Assembly (NCBI GenBank): GCA_963665095.1
Contig: OY762069.1
Location: 1,568,001-1,632,000, forward strand
Direction of reading: 5' to 3'
From: an uncultured Desulfobacter sp.
GTDB taxonomy: Bacteria > Desulfobacterota > Desulfobacteria > Desulfobacterales > Desulfobacteraceae
DNA length: 64,000 bases
Shown here: one piece after another, positions 49,001 to 57,537 of the stretch
Layout of the letters: every line of letters starts with the position of its first letter
Numbering within the stretch: position 1 is the stretch's first letter
Notes under the pieces: generated by a model
Seen by the model: only the letters and a program-made list of their open reading frames with translations
Told to the model about the DNA's origin: nothing
The model's database searches: none
Program-made: the position numbers and the translations under genes

Positions 49001-50286
49001 GACAGTGCAGCATCCAGGGCATCTGCGATATCAGAGGCGCTTGTGGTAATGCTGCCCAGATTGGTTGCGCCGGACTGCACTAAAATCTGTTCTCCCAAAG
49101 TGCCTTCATCAATCACTGTGATTTCATAGGTACTGCTCTCCTCGCCGGTTCCGGAAATATTTGAAATTTCAGAGGTAGAAATGGCCATATCTACCGTTAC
49201 GGTCTGGTATTCGGAATCAGTACCGGAGGCATCCTGGATCACCATGGAAAAATCTTTCGAATAATCTATGTCATCTCCATAGTAAAGACTGGCAAGGGTA
49301 CCGATGTCTCCGGCCTCATATGTTCCTTCAAGGGAACCTGAAAAATAGGTCTGGCCGGCGCCCTGGGAGTGGACATAATTCAGCGTCCAGATTAGGTTTG
49401 ACGCCAGTTCATCAAATTCAGCCATGGTTTCAGGGATAATGACGTCTCTGACTTCCAGCCATCCGGCAATGGCACCACAGGATATGTCATCGGTAATGTC
49501 ATAGGCGTTCCCGGATTTCCCGTTCCAGTATACGCTGCCCTGCTTTACGCTCAAGTCATAGGCAATCCCGTCCTCCACCAGGGGCAGGCCGCTGGTGGTA
49601 ATGAGATAGGTGCCGTCCTCCTTGACTGTGATATCAATGTCAATCAGTTCACCTAAGTCATCCACCAGGGCATTTCGTTCGTCTTCCAGATCATTGGCAT
49701 TGCCACCAGTGCTTTCAGCATTAATAATGGACAGATTCAATGCGGCAATCTGCTCGGCAATGGAGTTGACTTCGGATACGGCGGAAGATATTTCCGTATT
49801 CAGATTCGCAGTCAGTTCGGTTAAATCTTCCTCAATGGCATTGATACGGTCTGCCAGGGCCACACCTGCATCATACACGGCATTTTGCTCAGTTTCCCCG
49901 GAAGGGTTATTGCTCAAATCTTCCCAGGCAGACCAGTAGGCATCCAGCAGGGTGTTCAGACTGTCGTCACTGTCCTCGGAAAACAAATCCTCAATGGTGG
50001 CCATGTAGACCTCTTCCTCTTCCAGGGCCGCCTGGGTGGACAGTTCAGAGGTAAGGGCATTTTCAATGGTCTGGTTGACTGAACTTTCCACTGTTTCAAC
50101 GGTCACGCCGGTACCGTAGATATTTCCCCCGGGAGAGACCGTGGAGGTGGTGGACAAGACTGCCGTCTGGATGCTGTAATCATCATTATCCGCATTGGCA
50201 ATATTCTGGCTGGTCACGCTGATGGCGGACTGGTAGGCGGAAATGGCATTTGCCGCCGTGTTTAATATGGCATTCAGGCTGCTCAT
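46099..50286 (-). CDS. flgK: Flagellar hook-associated protein 1 (FlgK), 1395 aa
   Basis: Q.AI.VT.QNIANA....YS, W.DLS..P, ANDL.D.R..L, S.VSLDEEMINL...QQAY.AAA. Confidence 0.94.
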   Translation of the reverse strand: MSSLNAILNTAANAISAYQSAISVTSQNIANADNDDYSIQTAVLSTTSTVSPGGNIYGTGVTVETVESSVNQTIENALTSELSTQAALEEEEVYMATIEDLFSEDSDDSLNTLLDAYWSAWEDLSNNPSGETEQNAVYDAGVALADRINAIEEDLTELTANLNTEISSAVSEVNSIAEQIAALNLSIINAESTGGNANDLEDERNALVDDLGELIDIDITVKEDGTYLITTSGLPLVEDGIAYDLSVKQGSVYWNGKSGNAYDITDDISCGAIAGWLEVRDVIIPETMAEFDELASNLIWTLNYVHSQGAGQTYFSGSLEGTYEAGDIGTLASLYYGDDIDYSKDFSMVIQDASGTDSEYQTVTVDMAISTSEISNISGTGEESSTYEITVIDEGTLGEQILVQSGATNLGSITTSASDIADALDAALSEQTLTISNGNDTWTLDIGDDGSDAVRSAADIADELSDIDGITAYASTTELNFDISKISDADDGDVVQFTLYVDGVEETVSFTVDSSAGTLEEQFEDALAAAAQSINETRQDTDLAVDGTTIESASGATLGIQDFEVVDTAGYQLSSFQNFNQGDTVGFSLMVTVDGVDTYIDVEVDLTDVDTSDQAAVSLAFYDAMSAAVEEEGNGLLSVEYDADNDAVILHGTTSNYMSILDADADSGDDATIAVTPLSGSQTDSGDGILTFGTPYDSEVIYSAPVSTDYLTVYLSGCETSSQTGVSAIVGDAYSGYDTAAVITGSVTIVMDPGMEISSDQTSDTGLFGASGSSGSGSSMITLGFDGDDNQFYTGSVISFDVDDYTISYTVTNGLDDASNAQDLYDALSAVLPSESYEIIKNGTSITIVKTGDDAVEITDFSSTLGNSTLSVTTGTGSGSETPENDTLVANSDTKNSTTAVTYGDAAILYWEVLDEAGNSTGTSGYIEVDQSGVVEITEDGETILSFDISEGSLVAGNTLRINTDEDGQADLLDVYVTGTAASVDDTYEFTVVSGGTLPDNEDVIVIEWTSETGSGAIELEGTEDENSQITVAVDGMTLTFDSGTLVEGDVFYITTDENGDAVTDADGNTVETLSDWHWTLESFAEEFNRSAGGVATSVTGDNTLVFQTSDDYCAIENVSCSGADNIDEENFEITVLNYNALTIEAEDLQFVRSNGTWYVANDPTGGTITIIPEGGDDDGFEIDLDGDGIGDIEIIFDKAVTGDGYIRIDFESKDADDLSYAFAGDVDGDCGLAAALGVNTFFTGTDAATISVNEVVSDGDYLASGMVDTETGALAASDNTNALAMSDTRYTTLDMKAYTYTRGEGVSVTVTQTTLDDYQASLVSSVGSAASSISSALEYAETLVYQLTSQRDSISAVSLDEEMINLTAQQQAYLAAAQLLTTVEEMFEALLAIR

Positions 50287-50759
50287 GGCGTGAGCGTTCT
50301 TCCCTGGTGAACATAGCTGGATGCCGCGTGCAGCCGGTCCAGAACACCTTTAAACAACACCCCGTTGCGGCGGGCTGAATTCATCAGCTCCCTGTGCCGG
50401 TTTTCAAGATCCCGGGCCAGCGGGAAAAGAAGCTCCTTTTGTTCAGATGTCAGATTGGGAATCATTTTAACCCGGTTGACCAGGGTCCTTGGCATGGTTG
50501 AAGGTATTTCCCTGCCGGCCATGGCCCGGAGCTGCTCACTGATGGCGCGCACCAGATGTTCAAACCGGTTGACGCAGTTTCTTTTTCTTAGGATGAGCTG
50601 GTTCAGTGATTTGGGGTCATAGGCCATACCAGCCACATATTCAGCATCCAGAATGCGGTTCAGCTCCTTATGCAGGGCCCGGGTCCTGACCATTTTTCTT
50701 TCAAGCACAGCCACCTGGTCTTCTGCTTCCATGTCCGTATAAATTAAGGGAAGTATCAT
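50283..50759 (-). CDS. Probable FlgN-like export chaperone
   Basis: Helical 158-aa protein overlapping the flgK start; L..IL..E...K...N..L...Y pattern; position typical of flgN. Confidence 0.6.
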   Translation of the reverse strand: MILPLIYTDMEAEDQVAVLERKMVRTRALHKELNRILDAEYVAGMAYDPKSLNQLILRKRNCVNRFEHLVRAISEQLRAMAGREIPSTMPRTLVNRVKMIPNLTSEQKELLFPLARDLENRHRELMNSARRNGVLFKGVLDRLHAASSYVHQGRTLTP

Positions 50760-50771
50760 GCTTTTATTCTC

Positions 50772-53504
50772 CTATCGTTTCATGGATATCACCGTGCTCA
50801 TCATCTCATCCACGGTACTGATAATTTTGGCATTGGCTTCATAGGCATTCTGCAGTTCGATCATCTCAACAAACTCCTCGGAAATATCCACGTTGGATGA
50901 TTCAAGGCAGTAGGACGATATGGTGCCAAGGCCGTTTTCGCCGGCTTTATTGGTAATGGCAGCCCCACTTTCCGTTGTAGCGGCATACAGGTTTGAGCCC
51001 ACGCTTTCAAGGCCGTTGGGGTTGTTAAAATCAGCCAGAGCCACTAGAAAAAGGGCAATTTCCTGACCATTGGAGTAGGTGCCGGTGACAAGACCGTCTG
51101 AATCCACCTCAACCCCTGTCAGGTCACCGGATGCATAACCGTCTGCATCCTGATAGGTGGTGGAGGAGGAGGTGGCATACTGTGTGGACGACAGGGAGTC
51201 ATTTATCCAGTTGTTACCGTCCCAGCTGGAACCGATATTAAATGAAATATCGGTTTCGGTTGAACCGTAACTGCCGCCAAGAAAATCAACTGTAAATTGC
51301 AGGTAGCCGGTATCTTCGGCTTCGTCCATTGTCACTTCACGCCAGGCGGTGGATCCCTCGATATCAAAGGTAATGGTGCTTGAGTCTTCATATGGATCCG
51401 TGTCTGTGCCGCTTTTAAGTTTCTCTTCAAAGGTAAAAACAATATCATCTTTGTCGTCTTCATTGCCTGAACCATCCAGATCAATGGAGATATAGGTGGC
51501 ATCACCTGACAGGGTGGCATCACTGTATTCAGACGGCGGTACATCCGGATCCACATCAAAGGTGAATGTTTCACCGCCTGAAAGGGTGGTTGTGGCACCG
51601 GAAGTAACCGCAATAGTTACATCGGCAGAGGAATCGCCATCAAAATCTATGGAGACACTGTTGTCTGTTGTAGTCAGAATTTCAGCGTCTGCGTATTCTG
51701 CAGGCGGTGTCGGATCAATGGAAAAGGAGATAGTCTGGCCGCCACCGGTTGTCATGGCCTCATCCAGGGAGTATTCAATGGTGGAGGCACCGGCTGAATC
51801 AGACGAATAGACAGTGACCTGAACCCCGTTCTCATCGCTTTCAGAAGCAACAATGGAAACCGTAAGGCCCCCGCTGTCAGTGACGGACCATGACGTCCCG
51901 TCCCATGTCAGCTCAATATCACTGGTGGTGGCAATGGCACCTTCTGATCCCGACTCAATAATGGATAATTCCGGTTCGCTGTCAATTTCAAGACTATAGG
52001 ATTCACCAGATATATCATCCTCTTTCAGGGCCTCATTCCAGTCCCAGTCCGTACCGTCAAACCTCAGGCTGATATCTTCAGACACCATGGTCATGACATC
52101 GTAGTCTGTGATAGTGATATTGCCTGAATCTGTGCTGATTGCTGCGTATGTAGTGGTCATATCGCTGATGAGCGTACCGTCTTCTGCAGCTTGTTCAGGA
52201 TTGCTCCAGGCCCAGGTCTCTGTATACGGATTCCAGACAAGGGAAAGGTCTTCGGCATCAGAGGTCATAACACCGGCATCATTAATTGACACAGTGGTGT
52301 TATTATAAGCATCTCCTGTGTAAACGGCATTTTCAATATCCTGGACATGAAGGTCTGTGGGGTCATTAATATCAAAGGTGATTGTGTCCCCGGCCATGGC
52401 ATATTCGTCCAGGGAAATTTTCAAGTCTGCCTCTTCTTCGCCGCCGCTGGAGTCAGGATCAAGTACAATGTAAACTGTTGTTTCATCTGAATAGATGATC
52501 TCAGCATTGCTGTACGCATCCGGAAGGGTGGATTCATCCAGCACCCAGTTGTCCCCGTCAAAGGTCATGGAAATGCCGTAGCCATCCACCAGCATAGCTT
52601 CGGAATCTTCGATCTCAAAATGGATATCATCAACGGCATTATTTCCTGATGCCTCCACATTGCCGATCTGCCCGGTCAGTTCCTCCATGGTCATGGAGAC
52701 AATTTCCCCGGAGCTTTCAGAAAAAGTGATGGTTCCCCTGGCCAAAAGCCCTGCCGAATCCGTATCAGTCACAAGACTGCGGCTGTCCTCATCCGGATCA
52801 CAGCAGATAATATACTCCCATTCAGTGTCTGATTTTTTATCATAGTAAACAGTTACTTCATGGGCAGATCCCAGGGAGTCGTACACGGTAACAACAGTCT
52901 GGTATTCGTAACCGTCAGAGTCCACGGTTGTCTCTTCCTCTTCATCATACTCAAAAAGATTGGACAGTACTGTGGCAAGCGATTCCGCATCTGAATCCAG
53001 ATTGGTAATCACGATGATTTCTTCCGTATCGTCCGGAGGAGACGTGAACTCAGTCAGAACAAGATCTGTTATGGCACCGTATTCCTCGCCGGTGTCCCCA
53101 TCCACATACCATCCCTGGAGAATATATCCGCTGGAGTTCACCAGTGCCCCTGATTCATCAAATGAAAAATTACCGGCTCTGGTATAGAAAGTCTCTTCAG
53201 ATCCTTCTGCAGAGACCACAAAAAAGCCGTCGCCGCCAATGGCCAGATCAGTGGAGTTGCTGGTGGTTTCAAGTGAGCCGTCCGTAAATACCTGTGACAC
53301 TGTATCAATGGACATACCAAGACCCACCTGGGAAGCGCCTGCCTGGGTGCCAATGGTCTGGTACAAGGTATCTGCAAAGGTGGAAGTCCCCTTTTTAAAC
53401 CCCACCGTATTAATATTGGATATATTGTTACTGGTTACCTGAAGGGCGCTGCCAGTGTTGGTCAGACCGCTGGTGCCTGCGTAAAGGGAACTGGTTAATG
53501 ACAT
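50772..53504 (-). CDS. flgE: Flagellar hook protein FlgE, 910 aa
   Basis: SLY.G.SGL...NNISN.NTVGFK, DLAI.GDGFF, YTRAGNF, VYDSLG..H, LESSNVD...E. Confidence 0.95.
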   Translation of the reverse strand: MSLTSSLYAGTSGLTNTGSALQVTSNNISNINTVGFKKGTSTFADTLYQTIGTQAGASQVGLGMSIDTVSQVFTDGSLETTSNSTDLAIGGDGFFVVSAEGSEETFYTRAGNFSFDESGALVNSSGYILQGWYVDGDTGEEYGAITDLVLTEFTSPPDDTEEIIVITNLDSDAESLATVLSNLFEYDEEEETTVDSDGYEYQTVVTVYDSLGSAHEVTVYYDKKSDTEWEYIICCDPDEDSRSLVTDTDSAGLLARGTITFSESSGEIVSMTMEELTGQIGNVEASGNNAVDDIHFEIEDSEAMLVDGYGISMTFDGDNWVLDESTLPDAYSNAEIIYSDETTVYIVLDPDSSGGEEEADLKISLDEYAMAGDTITFDINDPTDLHVQDIENAVYTGDAYNNTTVSINDAGVMTSDAEDLSLVWNPYTETWAWSNPEQAAEDGTLISDMTTTYAAISTDSGNITITDYDVMTMVSEDISLRFDGTDWDWNEALKEDDISGESYSLEIDSEPELSIIESGSEGAIATTSDIELTWDGTSWSVTDSGGLTVSIVASESDENGVQVTVYSSDSAGASTIEYSLDEAMTTGGGQTISFSIDPTPPAEYADAEILTTTDNSVSIDFDGDSSADVTIAVTSGATTTLSGGETFTFDVDPDVPPSEYSDATLSGDATYISIDLDGSGNEDDKDDIVFTFEEKLKSGTDTDPYEDSSTITFDIEGSTAWREVTMDEAEDTGYLQFTVDFLGGSYGSTETDISFNIGSSWDGNNWINDSLSSTQYATSSSTTYQDADGYASGDLTGVEVDSDGLVTGTYSNGQEIALFLVALADFNNPNGLESVGSNLYAATTESGAAITNKAGENGLGTISSYCLESSNVDISEEFVEMIELQNAYEANAKIISTVDEMMSTVISMKR

Positions 53505-53586
53505 GGGGTTCTCCTTAACATGGAAAAAATTTTATACGTTGAGCTGCGGCCGGCATAAAAATGTACCGGCTCATTTACAGCATTTT

Positions 53587-54720
53587 TTATTCAACAGTGG
53601 TTATAGTTGATACGGAGATCAGACGGCCGGTATCTCCAATGACAAGGTATTGGGTACCATCCACATAGCTGACGGCAGTAACTTCGCCGCTGATGGGGGT
53701 GGTGGCAGACCCGGAATCCGTTGTTACGGTATAGTAGTAAAGCCCGTCCGATGCCGAGTAACCCGTTGAGGAAAGCCCGTTCCAGGTGACTTCATTGGTC
53801 CCTGTGGTAGTGTCATCGGCATCCACTTCTATGGTGGCCACCTCCTCATCACTGGCATTGTAGATCGTGATGGTGACATCTGATGTGGTTTCCAGATAAT
53901 AGGTCAGGGCATCCCCCTGAACCTCGCTGTCCTCTACCTGGATAATGGGATAATTGGATGATACGGTCATACCTAAGTACTCAAGAATGGAGGTGGACTC
54001 ATCTGAACTTGATGAAGATGAAGCGGATGTCACGGTGGTAACATCTTCCGGATCCACCAGTACCCCGCTGACAACCAGATATCCTTTGCCGTCCTGGTAA
54101 CTCACCGCATCCACGGTGCCGGTAAGGTAACTTTCCACCTCATCATACCCGTCCCCGTAATTGGCCATGACCACATAGGAGTATTCACCGTCGTCCAGGC
54201 TGTTCCCCTCGTCGTCCGTGCCGTCCCAGGAGATAAGATATGATCCGGCCTCCACCTCTCCCTGGGACAGTGTGGCCACCTGGGAGCCGTCTTCGTCATA
54301 CACGTAGACAATCACTTCAGCCGGTTCATCCACCTCATAAAAACCTGAGGTGACAGAACCGTCATCAATGGTCATGGACGTAACCGATGCCGTGACTGTC
54401 AGCCCCACATAGGAATTGGCATCAATATCATCTTCAGAAGCTTCCAACTCTTCTGTCATTTCATCGAGCTTATCATTGACATTGATGAGCTGTTCCACCT
54501 GAGTGAACTGGGCCAGCTGATCGGTAAAATCATCTGTATCAGCCGGGTCAAGCGGGTTCTGGTTTTCAAGCTGGGCCAACAGAAGGGTTAAAAAATCCTC
54601 TGTTCCCAGATCATAGGTCCCTTCACTGGTAGTTGACGTATCTTCAGCATCATAAGCTTCGTAGCTTGAAATCAGGGACGAAAGAATGCTGTTTCCTACA
54701 GATGAAGTTGAATCGGACAT
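53587..54720 (-). CDS. flgD: Flagellar hook-capping protein FlgD with duplicated C-terminal unit
   Basis: DFLTLLLAQLENQNPLDP...F..QLAQF..VEQL; WDG.D..G....DG.Y followed by a second WNG...G....DG.Y copy. Confidence 0.92.
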   Translation of the reverse strand: MSDSTSSVGNSILSSLISSYEAYDAEDTSTTSEGTYDLGTEDFLTLLLAQLENQNPLDPADTDDFTDQLAQFTQVEQLINVNDKLDEMTEELEASEDDIDANSYVGLTVTASVTSMTIDDGSVTSGFYEVDEPAEVIVYVYDEDGSQVATLSQGEVEAGSYLISWDGTDDEGNSLDDGEYSYVVMANYGDGYDEVESYLTGTVDAVSYQDGKGYLVVSGVLVDPEDVTTVTSASSSSSSDESTSILEYLGMTVSSNYPIIQVEDSEVQGDALTYYLETTSDVTITIYNASDEEVATIEVDADDTTTGTNEVTWNGLSSTGYSASDGLYYYTVTTDSGSATTPISGEVTAVSYVDGTQYLVIGDTGRLISVSTITTVE

Positions 54721-54989
54721 TTCCAGCTCCTTATGCTGTCGATTGTGTTATTGTCTTTAAGATCGTTTTAAACCTGTCCCAAGACATCTTTTCCTGCAGG
54801 TATTTAAACCAAAATAAATGCCGAAAGCCTTTAATGGCAGGGATTGCCAAAGCAAAAACATCAGATGTATCAAAAGATTATTTTCTAAACTTTTGCACCA
54901 CCACCGGACTGTGAATCTTCTTATTTCTTCACGAACTTTGGATCAAAACTGATAGTAAATGGCGGTTGAAAATCAGAACAGACTCGAAT

Positions 54990-55003
54990 TAATCATATGA
55001 AAC
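54990..55003. promoter_or_regulatory. Operator-like motif TAATCATATGAAAC in the flgD/fliD divergent region
   Basis: 14/14 identical to 35265-35278. Confidence 0.55.
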
Positions 55004-55255
55004 AAAAACTTAAAAAGAATGTCTTTGCCCTAACTAAATTCGGATGCTTCCTCTTCTTCAAAAGGAAAATTTTACCCATCCTTCTGATTTTATTAATTTA
55101 CCAGTCATATACAACTAAAGGGCGGATTTAAAATTTTTATTTGAATGCAAATCTCACTTATTTAGTTTTTTCGTTTTTCACCAATGATGGAATTATTGAA
55201 ATTTATATTGCGATTAATCAGTTGAGACATAGCAATTTTGTGATGTTTCCGCCTT

Positions 55256-55283
55256 TAAAGAATGGGGCGTTTACAGGCGATAC
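55256..55283 (+). promoter_or_regulatory. Sigma28-type promoter of fliD
   Basis: TAAAGAAT-N12-GGCGATAC. Confidence 0.72.
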
Positions 55284-55351
55284 ATGCTCCAGGACACCCG
55301 GCAGAATTTTCCTGCTCCGGGTTTTTAGTAAAGCGTTAAGGAGAATAGACC

Positions 55352-57412
55352 ATGGCAACCGGCACCATTACCTCACTTGGACTGGGCTCTGACCTTGACC
55401 TGCAAAGTCTTCTGGACACCCAGCAGGAAGCGGATGAGACAATTAACGACCTCAAACTGGATGAAATTGAGGAACTTGAAGCGGAAGAAGAAGCGCTGAC
55501 ATCCGTTCAAAGTGAGCTTCTGGCCATGAAAGCCAGTGCCCTGAATCTGTCTTTATCCTCCACCTATCTCTACAGAGATGTCAACTCTTCGGATGAAGAT
55601 GTGGCTACGGCCACAGTGCTTGATGGAACAGATACCGGAACCCACACCGTTGCAACAACGCGCCTGGCCTCCAACAGTTCGTATATGTCCGACGGATTTG
55701 AATCTGAATCTTCCACTGTGTATGTTCCCACCACGCAACAGTCCACTGACAGCTATGAAAGTGTTACAGATACCATACTGGAAGATGGAGACACCCTGAC
55801 CATCTCATATGGGGATGAAGATGGCCCCACCACTTTCACCATCACTGCTGCCGGGGACATGAGTGTTGAGGAACTGGCGGAGGCGATTAACACGGATGCG
55901 TCCAATGTGGACGATGACGGCAATACACTGGTAACGGCCAGCACCTACCTGGATGATGATGGCAGTATTCATATCCAGATTGATTCAACCTCGGAAGGGA
56001 CCGGAGAAGACAACCGCGTAGAAGTATCAGGGTCAGATGGTGTCACCTCCTTTACTGCCCCCACCCTGGAACTTTCTTTCAGCGTTGGAGACGGTGAGGT
56101 GTTTACCATCTCAGTACCTGCGGAAACAACCCTCGAAGATCTTGCCGAGCGGATTAATGATGCGGATGATAATCCCGGCGTTACAGCCACAGTTATTTAC
56201 ACAGGCACCGGTGACAATCCGTATCAGCTGGTTTTAGAGGCCGATGACAGTGGTGAAGACAACCGGATTACCATTGTCAGCAATGTGGAAGCATTAGGCC
56301 TGACCGAGTCAAACGGTGACGGCTACACCATGACAGGGGACGAATCCATCTCCTTTGAATCCGCTGTTACCATCGATGACACAAACAATACTATTGTATT
56401 TGAAGAGGTGGATGAAGATGGGAAGAGTGTCTCTGTGACAGCCCGGATTGATGCAGGCACCTATGATACCGCAGAAGAGCTGGCTGAAGCGGTTGAGTTA
56501 GCCCTTGAGAACGCCTCCAAAGAAGATGGCAATAATACGGACTACTCAGTTGAAATCGACTCTGAAACCGGATTAATGACCATTTCAGAAGCAGGCACCC
56601 TGGAAAGCGTGACCATTAACTGGGAAGATGACACCTGTACTGCAGCCGACACTTTAGGCTTTACTGAAACCAAAACCATCACACCCATGGACTCCTCACT
56701 GAATGCCATGGTCACCGTTGACGGCATTACCTATCAGCGCCAGGAGAACACAGGCATTGATGACATTATTGACGGTGTGACCCTGAAACTGTACTCCACA
56801 GGAAACACCACCATTACCGTGGAAAACGATACAGAAGATATTGTGACAGAAATCACAAGCCTTGTGGAGACTTACAACACACTGCTTGCTGAGATCGATG
56901 AAAATGATGACTATGACGATGATGAGGAAACCTACGGAACCCTGGCCCAAAGTTCCACTATCAGAACCCTGAAAACCTCATTGCAGGACCTGATCACCTC
57001 GGTGGTGGATACAGGCGGAGACATTACAAGTCTTCTGGATATTGGTATTGAGATTGATGAGGATGACGGCACGCTCACTCTGGATGAAGAAACCCTTGCA
57101 CAAGTATTGGAAGATAACTATGACGAGGTTGTCGCCCTGCTCAAAGGCACAGACGATGAAGAGGGTTTAGGCGATGTTCTAAATGATGCATTCGGTTCCT
57201 ACGCCATCTCTGACGGATATATTCAGAATGAAATTGATGCCATTGAAGACAAAATTGACCGCCTGGAAGAGGACTATGAGGAAGAAGTAGAGCGTATTGA
57301 AAAAAAATATGAAATTATGGCGGCAGAATACACAGAGCTGGATTCCTACCTTTCCGAACTTGCCAATATTGAAAGCTATATTGATACCATGATGTCTACT
57401 GATGATGACTAA
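55352..57412 (+). CDS. fliD: Flagellar filament cap FliD
   Basis: G.ITSLGLGS.LD, V..LA, VDG....R..N....D.I.GVTL.L, L..IGI.....G.L.LD, C-terminal coiled coil. Confidence 0.93.
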   Translation: MATGTITSLGLGSDLDLQSLLDTQQEADETINDLKLDEIEELEAEEEALTSVQSELLAMKASALNLSLSSTYLYRDVNSSDEDVATATVLDGTDTGTHTVATTRLASNSSYMSDGFESESSTVYVPTTQQSTDSYESVTDTILEDGDTLTISYGDEDGPTTFTITAAGDMSVEELAEAINTDASNVDDDGNTLVTASTYLDDDGSIHIQIDSTSEGTGEDNRVEVSGSDGVTSFTAPTLELSFSVGDGEVFTISVPAETTLEDLAERINDADDNPGVTATVIYTGTGDNPYQLVLEADDSGEDNRITIVSNVEALGLTESNGDGYTMTGDESISFESAVTIDDTNNTIVFEEVDEDGKSVSVTARIDAGTYDTAEELAEAVELALENASKEDGNNTDYSVEIDSETGLMTISEAGTLESVTINWEDDTCTAADTLGFTETKTITPMDSSLNAMVTVDGITYQRQENTGIDDIIDGVTLKLYSTGNTTITVENDTEDIVTEITSLVETYNTLLAEIDENDDYDDDEETYGTLAQSSTIRTLKTSLQDLITSVVDTGGDITSLLDIGIEIDEDDGTLTLDEETLAQVLEDNYDEVVALLKGTDDEEGLGDVLNDAFGSYAISDGYIQNEIDAIEDKIDRLEEDYEEEVERIEKKYEIMAAEYTELDSYLSELANIESYIDTMMSTDDD

Positions 57413-57526
57413 TAAGCTGCCGGCTAAACTTTGCTCATGTGGGACTTACACCCACGGGATAACAGTATCGAGTTTCATCCTCCTGTTCGGTTGAATCCCA
57501 ACGATTCGGATTTATCTGGACACGAG
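57413..57526 (-). mobile_element. Probable 5' (domain I) fragment of a second, antisense group II intron
   Basis: Minus strand reads GTGTCCAGATAAATCCG...GTGGGTGTAAGTCCCAC...AAAGTTTAGCCGGCAG, resembling group II domain-I elements; recalled pattern only. Confidence 0.45.
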
Positions 57527-57537
57527 CAGCGTTTTGT

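Noticed and set aside
35515..57412. Salt-in halophile explanation for the acidic proteins
   Set aside because: Cytoplasmic enzymes in the window have ordinary Lys/Arg content.
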